Origin: an uncultured Gammaproteobacteria bacterium
GTDB taxonomy: Bacteria; Patescibacteriota; Patescibacteriia; SG8-24
Direction: 5' to 3'
Assembly: GCA_964487195.1 (NCBI GenBank)
Contig: CAZAPV010000001.1
Coordinates: 1-46,263 of the forward strand
Length of the DNA: 46,263 bases
Part shown: piece after piece, positions 1 to 9,254 of the stretch
Layout of the letters: each line of letters begins with the position of its first letter
Numbering within the stretch: position 1 is the stretch's first letter
Notes under the pieces: model-generated
Database searches by the model: none
What the model was told of the DNA's origin: nothing
Seen by the model: the letters and a program-made list of their open reading frames with translations, nothing else
Translations under genes and position numbers: made by a program

Positions 1-11
1 GCGCGAAAAAC

Positions 12-39
12 AAAACCCCGCTGCTCTCGCGGGGTTTTT
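12..39. terminator. Rho-independent terminator, usable in both directions; ends the minus-strand gene 58..723
   Basis: AAAA-CCCCGC (16-21), 7-nt loop, GCGGGG (29-34), then TTTTT. The reverse strand also reads hairpin + UUUUGUUUUU. Confidence 0.7.
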
Positions 40-57
40 CTTTTGGTCGAAAGAAGG

Positions 58-723
58 TCACGGCGACCTGATCGCGGTCCAGTCGCCGCTGAATCCCTGC
101 CTGCTCGAGAAACTCCCCGACGCGCGGCCGCGGTCAGTGAGTGCGCCGTCGAACTTCGTGAGCACGCTCCCTTTGAGAAGCCGGATGCGCGTCCCGTCGA
201 GAACGATGACCTGCTCTTCGCCGTCAACGAGGAACCGGACGATCCTCCCCTCCTGGCGGAACACGAGGTTGCGCTCTTCGGTGTGCGGGATGATCAGGAG
301 CAAGAAATTGAGATGCGTGTTCCAGTGTCCGACGACGTCGACCGCGCAGAGAACGGGAATCACCGCGCAGGCCGCGCCGACGCACGCGGTGACGTGCGCG
401 ATCGGCTCGCGGCGCGACGGTTCGTCGAAAACGTCGCGCAGCGCTTTGACCTGCGCGCCGTCCGGAGACGGCTGCACGTCGACCGCGGCAGCGTTGTCGG
501 TCGACCAGCGTATCTCGCCGGTCGCCGGTTTGCCGTCCGCATCGAGCGCGGTCGCGACGAGCGTCGCGGCGCTCCCCTTCGGCATCGTCATGCTCGAGAT
601 GGACTTGCCGTCCTTCAGCGAAATCAGGACGCGCGCCGGGGCTCCGCCGTCCGCACGGGCTTCCGCCGAACCGAACGCCATGAGCAACGCGGCGACGAGT
701 GCGACGATGATATGCTTCGCCAT
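58..723 (-). CDS. Secreted hypothetical protein with a bacterial Ig-like (Big_2-like) segment
   Basis: Signal peptide MAKHIIVALVAALLMAFGSAEA. Segment LVATALDADGKPATGEIRWSTDNAAAVDV resembles Big_2. Overlapping plus-strand ORFs are Arg-rich antisense artefacts. Terminator lies just downstream. Confidence 0.6.
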   Translation of the reverse strand: MAKHIIVALVAALLMAFGSAEARADGGAPARVLISLKDGKSISSMTMPKGSAATLVATALDADGKPATGEIRWSTDNAAAVDVQPSPDGAQVKALRDVFDEPSRREPIAHVTACVGAACAVIPVLCAVDVVGHWNTHLNFLLLIIPHTEERNLVFRQEGRIVRFLVDGEEQVIVLDGTRIRLLKGSVLTKFDGALTDRGRASGSFSSRQGFSGDWTAIRSP

Positions 724-761
724 TTTGCGCCTCCTTGGGCTGCAATGAACGTGCTCTCACC

Positions 762-2948
762 CTACGCAACCCGCCGGATTCGGGCAAGTTTCCGGATGCG
801 GAGAGAGTTCGTCACCACGGAAACGGAAGAAAATGCCATCGCCGCGGACGCAATCATCGGCGTCAGCAGTCCGAACGCGGCGAGCGGGATCATCGCGACG
901 TTATAGAAGAACGCCCAGAACAAATTTTGCCGGATCGTCGTGAACGTCCTTCGCGACAGGACGATCGCCTCGACGACCTTCGAAGGACTGCCCTGCATCA
1001 GCACCACGTTGCCGGATTCGATCGCGATGTCCGTCCCCGTCCCCATCGCGATGCCGAGATCGGCCTGCGTCAGCGCCGGCGCGTCGTTGATCCCGTCGCC
1101 GACGAACGCGACCGAGCGGCCCTCTTCCTGCAACCGCTTGACCTGCGCGGATTTTTCGCCCGGCAGCACTTCTGCGACGACTTCGTCGATGCCGACGTCG
1201 GCGGCGATCGCGTTCGCGGTTCGTGAATGATCGCCGGTCAGCATCACGACGCGAATCCCGCGACGCTTGAGCGCTTCGACCGCGCTTTTGGCGTCCGGCT
1301 TCGGCGTATCGGCGATGGCGAGCAGCCCCTGCAGCCGGCCGCCAACGGCCAAACGCACCACCGTTTTCCCTTCGCGTTCAAGACGTTCCAAACGCGATCG
1401 GCACCGTTCGGGAACCGCGACCGCGGTTCCGAGCATTTTCTGATTGCCTAAAAGGATATCGTCGCCGCCGACGCGCGCGCGGACCCCTTTGCCGCTCTCG
1501 GACATGAAATTCTCAGCGGCCGCGATCTGCAGATTCTTTTCTTTCGCGGCGGCGACCACCGCTTTTGCGAGCGGATGCTCGGAAAACGCTTCAAGGGATG
1601 CGGCAGTTCGGAGCACGTCGTCTTCGGACGCGCCGTCTTCGCACGAAACGACGTCCGTGATTTTCGGTTTGCCTTCGGTCAGCGTTCCGGTTTTGTCGAA
1701 AACGACGGTGTCGATCTTGTAGGACTTCTCCAGCGCTTCGCCGTTTTTTATCAGGATGCCGCGGCGCGCGCCGGCGCCCGTGCCGACCATGATCGCGGTC
1801 GGCGTCGCGAGACCCAACGCGCAGGGGCAGGCGACGACCAGGACGGCGACCGCGGGAATGATCGACGCGGCGACCGATCCGGTCCTGATGAACCAGCCGA
1901 CGAACGTCGCTGCGGCGATGACGAGGACGATCGGAACGAACACCCCGGAAACGCGGTCGGCGAGATGCTGCATCGGCGCTTTCTTGCCTTGCGCGTCCTG
2001 CACCAGACGAACGATCTGCGAGAGCACGGTGTCGGCGCCGATCTTCGTCACGCGGATGACGAGCGCGCCGTTCTGGTTGACCGTCGCGCCGTACGCGCCG
2101 TCCCCGGCGCGCTTGCCGACCGGCAGACTTTCGCCGGTGAGCATCGATTCGTCCACCGCGGATTCTCCCGTTTCAACCGTCCCGTCAAGCGGTATCTTCT
2201 CGCCCGGCTTCACGAGCAACAGGTCGCCGATCTTCACGGACTCCACCGGCACGTCCGCTTCCGCGCCATCCTTGAGAAGCCGCGCTTTCTTCGTCCCGAG
2301 TTCGAGCAACTTCTCGATGGCAGCCGACGCCTGTCCGCGGCTTCGCGCTTCGAAGTATTCGCCGAGCAGGATGAGCGCGGTGATCGCCGACGCGACTTCG
2401 AAATACACGTACGGCGCGCGGGCGAACATCGCCCAGACGCTGTAGAGATAGGCGGTGAGCGTGCCGATCGAAATCAGCGTGTCCATGTTGGCTGAAAGCA
2501 ATCGCAGCTGTTGCAACATGCCGACGTGGAACCCGCGCCCGAAATACAACACGACGACGGAAGCGAGCGAGAATTCGATCCAAAGGGACGCGCCGAATCC
2601 GAACAGCGTTCCGGGCAGGCGAACGTCCAGCATGGCGAGAAGTAGCACCGGAGCGGCGAGGGCGAGCGATGAGACGGAAAGTCTGCGCGCTTCCTTCAAT
2701 TCGCTGTCCGAAGTCATCCTATGGTCGCCGTGCTCGTACTCCGTGAGCACCTTGTATCCTTGCCGGACGACCGCTTCGTGCAGCGCGTCCGGTTGCACTT
2801 TCGCCGGATCAAAGACGACCGTTGCGCCGTGGGTGGCGTAATTCACGTTCGCGTCGCTGACGCCGGGGAGTTTCTTCAACGCTTTTTCGTTGCGCACCGC
2901 GCATGACGCGCAGTGCATCCCGACGATGGTGAATGTGGTGGTTGTCAT
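762..2948 (-). CDS. copA: Copper-translocating P1B-type ATPase
   Basis: N-terminal HMA motif GMHCASC, TM metal site [11 protein letters not shown] (CPC), phosphorylation motif DKTGTLT, hinge GDGINDAP; 728 aa. Confidence 0.95.
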   Translation of the reverse strand: MTTTTFTIVGMHCASCAVRNEKALKKLPGVSDANVNYATHGATVVFDPAKVQPDALHEAVVRQGYKVLTEYEHGDHRMTSDSELKEARRLSVSSLALAAPVLLLAMLDVRLPGTLFGFGASLWIEFSLASVVVLYFGRGFHVGMLQQLRLLSANMDTLISIGTLTAYLYSVWAMFARAPYVYFEVASAITALILLGEYFEARSRGQASAAIEKLLELGTKKARLLKDGAEADVPVESVKIGDLLLVKPGEKIPLDGTVETGESAVDESMLTGESLPVGKRAGDGAYGATVNQNGALVIRVTKIGADTVLSQIVRLVQDAQGKKAPMQHLADRVSGVFVPIVLVIAAATFVGWFIRTGSVAASIIPAVAVLVVACPCALGLATPTAIMVGTGAGARRGILIKNGEALEKSYKIDTVVFDKTGTLTEGKPKITDVVSCEDGASEDDVLRTAASLEAFSEHPLAKAVVAAAKEKNLQIAAAENFMSESGKGVRARVGGDDILLGNQKMLGTAVAVPERCRSRLERLEREGKTVVRLAVGGRLQGLLAIADTPKPDAKSAVEALKRRGIRVVMLTGDHSRTANAIAADVGIDEVVAEVLPGEKSAQVKRLQEEGRSVAFVGDGINDAPALTQADLGIAMGTGTDIAIESGNVVLMQGSPSKVVEAIVLSRRTFTTIRQNLFWAFFYNVAMIPLAAFGLLTPMIASAAMAFSSVSVVTNSLRIRKLARIRRVA

Positions 2949-2954
2949 AGATCG

Positions 2955-4544
2955 TCAGGATTTTGAAATAATCGTGATCTGGCCGCGGTACATTCCCATC
3001 GAACAACTGAATTGGTAGGTGCCCGGTTGCTGCGGCGCCGTGAACGCAATCGTGTTCGGTCCGGCAGCCAAAAGTTTTTCGATTCCGAGTTGGCGCGACA
3101 CGAGCACGGAAGTGCAGCCGGCGGCTTTCGTGCCATCAACTTCCCAGCGAGTCGGCATCCCCGCTTTGATTGTGAACTGACTCGGCTGATACCCGCCATC
3201 AACGATCATGTTCATCACTTGCGTATTTCCATCGACCGTCATGCCTCCGTCATTCGCGGAGGCCGGGAATGACAACGGATAGCCGACGATCGTCAACCCG
3301 TTTTGGATGTTCCAAATACCGAGCACGACGACGACCGCGCCCGAAAACTGGAAGAACAGCTTCCCGGCTTTGCCCTTGAGCGAGATCGATGCCCATCCAA
3401 GCGCAAGGAGCGCCGGCGCCGTGCCAATGGCGAAACCGGCGAGCGTGAGCGCGCTCGCGATGAAACTGCCGGTCGTGAGCGCGTACAGCTGCAGCGATTG
3501 CGTGAATCCGCAGGGAAGGAAGAACGTCGCGGCGCCGAGCAGGAACGGCATCGCCGGGTGCTCTTTGCCCTCGGCGTCCATGATGCGGCGGCTCAAAAAT
3601 TTCGGCATCCTCGGCAGAAGACGTTTGAGCGATGCGGGTGCGACGTGGAGCATGTCGAGCCCCATGATCAGCATGTAAACGGCGGCGACGAGCGTGAGCG
3701 CCCCGGTGACGAGCGGCGACGGCGCGAGCGACGTGCCGACGAAACCGATAACGCCGCCGAGGATGCCATAGGAGAGAACGCGGCCGGTCACGAACAGAAC
3801 GACCGGTGTGATGCGCGCGATCGACGCGGCGTCGCCGTAGCGTTCGCGGTACTTCGCGGCGGTGGAGAGCAGGAGGCCGCCCGCAACCGCCAGGCACGAA
3901 GAAGTTCCGGCAACGAGACCGATCGCGACCGCCGTCAAGAAACCGATCGACGCGGCGACCTGGGAGCTCTGTCTGAACAGACCGATCTTCGAGAACAGCC
4001 AGCCGACGGCGAACACGAGGGCGAACAGGCCGATGAGCCGTCCGAACGACGGTCTTTCGCTCTTTTCGTCGCGAGTATCGCGATGCTGTTTTTTCGTTTC
4101 GACGAAACTGCGGACGACGTACTGTTCATCGCCCAGCGCTTCCTGGAGCCGTTCGATATCGGGCGTGGAGCCCTCGTCGCAGACGATGCGCGCGATGCCG
4201 GCGTGCGCGTCGACGTCGACCTTCCTGACGCCGGGAATTTTTTTAAAGTCCCGTTCAACGATGATCTCGCAGCTGCGACAGGTCATGCCGTCGATGTTCA
4301 CCTTCGAGACGACCGAGGCCGCTCGCGCGGCGTCCGGGTCTGCGACGTCGAAACCTTCCCGTCGAAGCGCGTCGATCACCGCGGGCGCCGTTCCCGCATC
4401 GGCGAGCGTCAGCGCCGCTCTTCCTCGCCAAGTATCGACGCGCTCGACGCCGTGAATCGCGACGGCGATCTGTTCGAATTTTTGCGCGTTATCGTTCTGA
4501 AGATTTGAAATTCGTAGTTTCAAAAAAAACAAAGCGCGATTCAT
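2955..4544 (-). CDS. Three-module membrane protein: HMA domain(s) + TauE/SafE-DsbD_2-like polytopic core + C-terminal cupredoxin-like domain
   Basis: ATG at 4544 (the track ORF starts at TTG 4553). Canonical HMA DGMTCRSC follows a degenerate HMA. TM cysteines at SSCLAVAGG and FFLPCGFTQ. C-terminal YQFSCSMGMYRG is cupredoxin-like. Stop lies 6 nt upstream of the copA start. Confidence 0.85.
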   Translation of the reverse strand: MNRALFFLKLRISNLQNDNAQKFEQIAVAIHGVERVDTWRGRAALTLADAGTAPAVIDALRREGFDVADPDAARAASVVSKVNIDGMTCRSCEIIVERDFKKIPGVRKVDVDAHAGIARIVCDEGSTPDIERLQEALGDEQYVVRSFVETKKQHRDTRDEKSERPSFGRLIGLFALVFAVGWLFSKIGLFRQSSQVAASIGFLTAVAIGLVAGTSSCLAVAGGLLLSTAAKYRERYGDAASIARITPVVLFVTGRVLSYGILGGVIGFVGTSLAPSPLVTGALTLVAAVYMLIMGLDMLHVAPASLKRLLPRMPKFLSRRIMDAEGKEHPAMPFLLGAATFFLPCGFTQSLQLYALTTGSFIASALTLAGFAIGTAPALLALGWASISLKGKAGKLFFQFSGAVVVVLGIWNIQNGLTIVGYPLSFPASANDGGMTVDGNTQVMNMIVDGGYQPSQFTIKAGMPTRWEVDGTKAAGCTSVLVSRQLGIEKLLAAGPNTIAFTAPQQPGTYQFSCSMGMYRGQITIISKS

Positions 4545-4553
4545 ATCTCCCAA

Positions 4554-4582
4554 AGCATACTATGCGCTGTAGTGCAGGTCAA
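4554..4582 (-). promoter_or_regulatory. Sigma70-like promoter of the copper operon (near-leaderless)
   Basis: Minus strand: TTGACC (4582-4577), 17-nt spacer, TATGCT (4559-4554). The -10 ends 9 nt before ATG 4544. Confidence 0.45.
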
Positions 4583-4605
4583 TTGCACGCCAGTCATCCC
4601 CACTG

Positions 4606-4676
4606 TTCCGGGACCTGGATTCGAACCAGGATTCACGGCTTCAAAGGCCGCTGTCCTACCATTAGACGATCCCGGA
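4606..4676 (-). tRNA. tRNA-Gln (anticodon UUG); CCA not encoded
   Basis: Hand-folded cloverleaf: acceptor TCCGGGA/TCCCGGA with U1:A72, anticodon loop CTTTGAA, T-arm CCTGG-TTCGAAT-CCAGG. Confidence 0.9.
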
Positions 4677-4724
4677 ACAGTGCGGACGATCAACGGAACA
4701 CGGTACGGCCGGCGCGACGCATCG

Positions 4725-5357
4725 TCAAGGCGCGACCGCCGGTTCCGGGAAAACTTTTTTGTCGACGCCAAGCGCCAAACTCAACTTCGGATCATACGTG
4801 AGCGCGCCGTTTTTCCATACGTACACGCGCATCGTCGCGCCGTCGAGCGCGATCACCTCTTTCGCGCCGTCGCCGTTCACGTCTTCGAACACGAGCGGAT
4901 CCTTGAAGGACGAAACGATGCGGAGTGCGTTGCCCTCTCGGATCAGCACGAACGCCCCTTCGCCGGTTTCGCCGCGCGCGACGATCAGTGTCGGCGCATT
5001 CCCGCCGAGCGGCTGGAGCGCGAGCGTCGGCAGATTTTCGAGTCTGCTTTCGCCGGCGACCAACGTGACTGTCGAAGCGACGACGTAACGATTTTCGTCA
5101 CGGTTCCACACGATGAGCGATACGGAAACGTCGTCGCCGTTTTTGTATCCCGCGACGTACGACGGCTGCGGACTGTCCGGCAATTCGAGCCGCGAGGAAG
5201 CAGCCTGCATCGCGCCCGACGGAAGGAGCGCGGCGAAATTCGGCGGGAGCCGTTCGTGCACCGCTTCCCGTCGCGGGAGCAGCTGCGGCAACGTCACCGT
5301 CGCGGCGACGAGCGCGGCGACGGCGAGCGCGGCCGGAAACAGCGCGCGACGCTTCAT
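4725..5357 (-). CDS. Secreted or membrane-anchored hypothetical protein with an FG-GAP/VCBS-like DxNGDG motif
   Basis: N-terminal hydrophobic signal MKRRALFPAALAVAALVAATV. Motif FEDVNGDGAKEVIALDG. Start overlaps the ftsX stop (ATGA at 5354-5357). Confidence 0.65.
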   Translation of the reverse strand: MKRRALFPAALAVAALVAATVTLPQLLPRREAVHERLPPNFAALLPSGAMQAASSRLELPDSPQPSYVAGYKNGDDVSVSLIVWNRDENRYVVASTVTLVAGESRLENLPTLALQPLGGNAPTLIVARGETGEGAFVLIREGNALRIVSSFKDPLVFEDVNGDGAKEVIALDGATMRVYVWKNGALTYDPKLSLALGVDKKVFPEPAVAP

Positions 5358-6268
5358 ACTTTCAGATATTTCGCGGTCGCCATCTTCGTCGTCACCACGG
5401 CCATGAGCGCGACCCCGAACAGCTGGAGCCCGACGACGCGGAAGAAATTTGCGTCATAAAAACCGATCAGATCGACGGTGCCGCTCCCGAAGAACCGCTG
5501 CAGGAACGGCTGCGCGAGCCGCATCGCCGGATACAGGATGGCGAGCGCCGCGCCGAGCGAGGCGAACGTCCAGAACAACGCCTCGACATAGAACGGCGCG
5601 CGGATGAAACGGTCGGACGCGCCGACGAGCCGCATGATCCCGATCTCTTCCTTGCGCGTGTAGATCGATACGCGGATCGTGTTCAAGATGATGAGCAGCG
5701 CGACGACCGCGAACACCGCGCTCATCGCGACCCCGGACATTTCGAGCCGGCTCGAAATCGACTCGACGCGGCCGATCACCGCCTGACGGTCGTCGAAATC
5801 CTTTTCGTCGACAAGGCCGGCGTAGCGCGGATCGTCGAGCGCCTGGACGATGCGCGGATAATCCGAGAGTTCGCGCGCGGTGACGACGAGCGACGCGCCG
5901 AACGGATTCGTGCCGACCTGGCCGAGCGATTCGACCACCGAGTCGTTGCCTTTATATTGCGCGGAAAAATCCGAGAACGCCTGCGTCGGCGACACGTACT
6001 CAACGTCCTTCACCTCGGGCATGCTCAAAAGTTCGATCTTCACCGTCTGCACGCGGCTGTCCTCGACGTCCGGCTTGAAATGCACGGCGACGCTGATCTT
6101 CGACTTCACGGCGGCGAGCGCGACGTTGCCGAGCACGTTCATCACGATCAGCATGTTGAGCGAGACGATCGTGAGCACGAGAACGGTGATCGTCGCGGCG
6201 GTGAGCCACGCGTTGCGGACGAAATTCTGCCCGGCGAATTTGACGACGCGCGAAAGCGTGACGATCAT
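5354..6268 (-). CDS. ftsX: Cell-division ABC transporter permease FtsX
   Basis: 304 aa. Topology is TM1, large extracytoplasmic loop, then 3 C-terminal TMs. Start overlaps the ftsE stop (ATGA at 6265-6268). Confidence 0.85.
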   Translation of the reverse strand: MIVTLSRVVKFAGQNFVRNAWLTAATITVLVLTIVSLNMLIVMNVLGNVALAAVKSKISVAVHFKPDVEDSRVQTVKIELLSMPEVKDVEYVSPTQAFSDFSAQYKGNDSVVESLGQVGTNPFGASLVVTARELSDYPRIVQALDDPRYAGLVDEKDFDDRQAVIGRVESISSRLEMSGVAMSAVFAVVALLIILNTIRVSIYTRKEEIGIMRLVGASDRFIRAPFYVEALFWTFASLGAALAILYPAMRLAQPFLQRFFGSGTVDLIGFYDANFFRVVGLQLFGVALMAVVTTKMATAKYLKV

Positions 6269-6945
6269 AGCAGGTATTTTCCTTCCTCCTGGTCGGCGAC
6301 GATCATCCCCTTCTCCATCGTGATGACGCGGCGCGCGAGCGCATTCACCACCTCGCGATTATGGGTGACGAGCACGATCGTCGTGCCGAACTCGTTGATC
6401 TTCGTGAGCAGGTCGATGATTTCGCGGGTGTTGATCGAATCGAGATTGCCGGTCGGCTCGTCGGCGACGATGATCTTCGGCCGATGCACGAGCGCGCGCG
6501 CGATCACCATGCGCTGCTGCTCGCCGCCGGAGATCTGCTTCGGATACCGATCGGCTTTGTTCGCGAGTCCGACGATCTTCAGCGCCTGCGGCACGATGCT
6601 CCCGATCTTCTTCGGCGATGCGCCGCACACTTCGAGCGCGAACGCGACGTTCTCGTACACGGTTTTTTTCGGCAGCAGTTTGAAATCCTGAAACACGACG
6701 CCGATCTGCCGGCGGAGCAGCGGCACTTCGGACCACGCGATCGAAGAGATGTCCCACCCGCCGACGACGATCTGCCCTTTCGTCGGCCGCTCTTCGGCGA
6801 TCAGCAGTTTCGCGAACGTGGTCTTCCCCGCGCCGCTCTGGCCGACGACCGAAACGAACTCCCCGGGCCTGATGTGGAGGTTGACGTTCGTGAGTCCGAC
6901 GACGTCCGGCGGATAAATTTTCGAGACGTTTTTGAGACGGATCAT
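6265..6945 (-). CDS. ftsE: Cell-division ABC transporter ATPase FtsE
   Basis: Walker A GQSGAGKTT, ABC signature ISGGEQQR, Walker B IIVADEPTGNLD; 226 aa. Confidence 0.9.
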   Translation of the reverse strand: MIRLKNVSKIYPPDVVGLTNVNLHIRPGEFVSVVGQSGAGKTTFAKLLIAEERPTKGQIVVGGWDISSIAWSEVPLLRRQIGVVFQDFKLLPKKTVYENVAFALEVCGASPKKIGSIVPQALKIVGLANKADRYPKQISGGEQQRMVIARALVHRPKIIVADEPTGNLDSINTREIIDLLTKINEFGTTIVLVTHNREVVNALARRVITMEKGMIVADQEEGKYLL

Positions 6946-6955
6946 GCGGCGGGGC

Positions 6956-6983
6956 TTGCCAAGCGACGCGATCAGTATATAAT
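6956..6983 (+). promoter_or_regulatory. Sigma70-like promoter for the tRNA-Gly/tRNA-Thr transcript
   Basis: TTGCCA (6956-6961), 16-nt spacer, TATAAT (6978-6983), about 35 nt upstream of tRNA-Gly. Confidence 0.6.
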
Positions 6984-7020
6984 AGTCCAGTCATTTCACA
7001 AAACGCCGGAAGTGCCGCGG

Positions 7021-7094
7021 GCGGGTATAGTACAATGGCAGTATGCGACCTTCCCAAGGTTGAGACACGGGTTCGATTCCCGTTACCCGCTCCA
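7021..7094 (+). tRNA. tRNA-Gly (anticodon CCC), 3' CCA encoded
   Basis: Acceptor GCGGGTA/TACCCGC, anticodon loop TTCCCAA, T-loop TTCGATT, then T-CCA. Confidence 0.9.
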
Positions 7095-7095
7095 C

Positions 7096-7171
7096 GCCAC
7101 CTTAGCTCAGCTGGTAGAGCAATGCTTTCGTAAAGCAGAGGTCCCGGGTTCGATCCCCGGAGGTGGCTCCA
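7096..7171 (+). tRNA. tRNA-Thr (anticodon CGU), 3' CCA encoded
   Basis: Standard 76-nt cloverleaf: acceptor GCCACCT/AGGTGGC, D-arm GCTC-AGCTGGTA-GAGC, anticodon loop TTCGTAA, T-arm CCGGG-TTCGATC-CCCGG. Confidence 0.9.
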
Positions 7172-7173
7172 TC

Positions 7174-7206
7174 AAAAAACGCCCGGCGCATGCCGGGCGT
7201 TTTTTG
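7174..7206. terminator. Bidirectional Rho-independent terminator (tRNA operon and convergent parvulin operon)
   Basis: AAAAAA-CGCCCGGC, loop GCAT, GCCGGGCG-TTTTTT. A- and T-tracts lie on both sides. Confidence 0.8.
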
Positions 7207-7215
7207 TTTTGCCGA

Positions 7216-8133
7216 TCAGAACGAGATGAATTTCGTCACTTTCGCATCCTTCACCTTGCCGTCGAGGTACTGCTGCACCGACGGGCCGGCGATCAGGATG
7301 TGGCTCGCTTTCACTTTGATCACCGCGTCTTTTTTGTCTTTTTGGACGTCCTCGACTTTGATGATGTGATAGCCGAACTGCGTCTTCACCAAATCGCTCA
7401 CCGCGCCTGGCTTCAGCGCGAACGCCACCGCCTCGAACTCCGGCACCATCACGCCCTTCGCGAACCATCCGAGGTCTCCGCCTTTCGCCGCGCTCCCAGG
7501 ATCGTCGCTGTACTGCTTGGCGAGATCGGCGAAATCGCCGCCGGCGTTCACTTTCGCGAGCACGTCCTTCGCTTTCGCGACGGTCGCGGCGTCGAGCGCG
7601 CTGTCCTTGGCGAGCGCGTCCGCTAATTTCTGTTCAAGGAGATACGGCCGCATCACTTTTTCCTGGAACTGCGCCGGCGTCCAGCCGTACAGATCGGCGA
7701 TCTGCGCGGTCGGGTCGCCGCCCTGCGCGGTCAATTTCACGAACTCCGTCTGCACTTCCGTATCGGTCACCGTCACGTGGTAGCGCGCCGCTTCCTGCCG
7801 AAGCACTTCGGTCTGGATGAGCCGGTCGAGCACGCCGGTGCGCATCTGTTCGTCGGTCGGCGCGGGCTGGATCGCGGTCTGCTGCTTGGAGAAGTAGCGG
7901 CGCACCGTCGCGAGGTCATCCACGTAATTCGAATACCGGATCATCGTGCCGTTCACGATCGCCACCGGATACGGCAGCGCGTGCATCGTGAAACCGGCGA
8001 CGGAATTCTGCCAGCCGAATTTGTAAATCCCGACCGTGACGACGCCGAGTCCGACCAGGAGTATGCTGCCGAGTCCCGCACCGATGCCGAGCATGAGATT
8101 ACGGATGAGACGATTTTTTTTGCTGATGGGCAT
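7216..8133 (-). CDS. Membrane-anchored parvulin-type peptidyl-prolyl isomerase (PrsA/SurA-like)
   Basis: N-terminal TM. PpiC/rotamase segment GGDLGWFAKGVMVPEFEAVAFALKPGAVSDLVKTQFGYHIIKVEDV. Confidence 0.85.
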   Translation of the reverse strand: MPISKKNRLIRNLMLGIGAGLGSILLVGLGVVTVGIYKFGWQNSVAGFTMHALPYPVAIVNGTMIRYSNYVDDLATVRRYFSKQQTAIQPAPTDEQMRTGVLDRLIQTEVLRQEAARYHVTVTDTEVQTEFVKLTAQGGDPTAQIADLYGWTPAQFQEKVMRPYLLEQKLADALAKDSALDAATVAKAKDVLAKVNAGGDFADLAKQYSDDPGSAAKGGDLGWFAKGVMVPEFEAVAFALKPGAVSDLVKTQFGYHIIKVEDVQKDKKDAVIKVKASHILIAGPSVQQYLDGKVKDAKVTKFISF

Positions 8134-8163
8134 AAAAAATATGATGTGTGGATTCAGCGTACA

Positions 8164-8559
8164 CTATGGAAAGAAATAATGCCACCATTTGCGCGGATTC
8201 GCTTCCTGCGTCGCCGGCAGGCCGGCGGCCGAGACGGCGTCGGTCTTCGCGAGGCCCCGCACCACCACGACCTGCTCGCCCGGTTTCTGAAGATTGAGCT
8301 GCAGGCGCGCCGCGCGTTCGAGGACGTCTTTGCTCGAAAACCGCTGGTCGAGCGCGGCGAGTTCGCCGTTCTTCGTCTGGAGCTGATCGGCCTGCGATTG
8401 CAGACGGTCGATCTCCCCCTGGATCTCGCGGTTTCGGCTGAACTCTCCGGCGAATCCCCAGGCGATGACGGCGAACAGCGCGACGTTCACGGCGAGCGTC
8501 CGCTTCATGCCGAGCAGCCGGTGGATGTTCGCGCGGAAATCGTTGCGTCGCATAGTCAT
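8164..8559 (-). CDS. Septum-formation initiator-like protein (FtsB/DivIC family)
   Basis: Single TM then a coiled coil (EIQGEIDRLQSQADQLQTKNGELAAL). Start ATG 8559 is preceded by GAGGAG with 5-nt spacing; the track ORF extends upstream to 8604. Confidence 0.6.
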   Translation of the reverse strand: MTMRRNDFRANIHRLLGMKRTLAVNVALFAVIAWGFAGEFSRNREIQGEIDRLQSQADQLQTKNGELAALDQRFSSKDVLERAARLQLNLQKPGEQVVVVRGLAKTDAVSAAGLPATQEANPRKWWHYFFP

Positions 8560-8561
8560 GA

Positions 8562-9254
8562 TCACTCCTCGGTGCCGTCGTCGCGGTATACGCGGCGGAT
8601 CCATTCGCCGCGCTCATCGTCCTTTTTTTCTTTTTCATGCGCGCTCGGACGCGCCGGTCGCGTCCCCTGGTGGAGCGAGGTCACGAACGCGCGCGCCTCC
8701 GCGTCGCTCAAATCGGCCGCGGCGTCGAGCAGCGCGGCGACCTTCCCGCTCCTGCCGCCGCCCGAGCCGGCAGCGGCCATCGTCTCGGTGATCAGGTGAT
8801 ACACGTCCTTCGGATTCCTCGCTGCCGGCATTTCGAGCGACGACGACGTCACCGCGGTGCGCACGGTGACCGAACCGAAATTGAAGATCGTACCGAGGAC
8901 TCCTCTCACCGAATACGATGCGTCCTGGATTTTATCGTACGGCGCCGCGGATACCGTGCGGTCGAAAAATCCGCGCTGGTCGACGTCGACCACGCGCGAG
9001 GAGGTGATCACGAACGCGTTCCAGTACGCGATCACCGCAACGTGCAGCGCGTCGAGCACGCCGACGAACACGAGGAAGCCGAACGCCGCGACTCCCCACC
9101 GGCCGAGCGAGAACAGCGGCACCATAGCGAAGAACGGCGCGACGACGAGCGCGGCGGCGAGGACGGCCGCGGGCGTATAAATGATCCAATGGTTGCGGAC
9201 GACGCGCAGGACGCGCTCGTCGGCTTTGAGATTGATGATCGTCCCGACGTTCAT
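8562..9254 (-). CDS. bPH_2 (YdbS/YdbT-like) membrane protein
   Basis: Two TMs followed by a PH-like segment (VITSSRVVDVDQRGFFDRTVSAAPYDKIQDASYSVRGVLGTIFNFGSVTV). ATG 9254 overlaps the upstream stop (ATGA). Confidence 0.6.
   Translation of the reverse strand: MNVGTIINLKADERVLRVVRNHWIIYTPAAVLAAALVVAPFFAMVPLFSLGRWGVAAFGFLVFVGVLDALHVAVIAYWNAFVITSSRVVDVDQRGFFDRTVSAAPYDKIQDASYSVRGVLGTIFNFGSVTVRTAVTSSSLEMPAARNPKDVYHLITETMAAAGSGGGRSGKVAALLDAAADLSDAEARAFVTSLHQGTRPARPSAHEKEKKDDERGEWIRRVYRDDGTEE

Noticed and set aside
43-906. 287-aa and 203-aa plus-strand ORFs over the first gene
   Set aside because: They are Arg/Asp-rich antisense frames. The minus-strand ORF has a proper signal peptide, an Ig-like segment and a downstream terminator.
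4544-4553. TTG/GTG first codons offered by the ORF track (4553, 39047, 41552, 21087, 30874)
   Set aside because: In each case an in-frame ATG lies 2-7 codons downstream, with better promoter/SD geometry or a cleaner signal peptide. The ATG was preferred, although the alternative starts cannot be excluded without N-terminal data.
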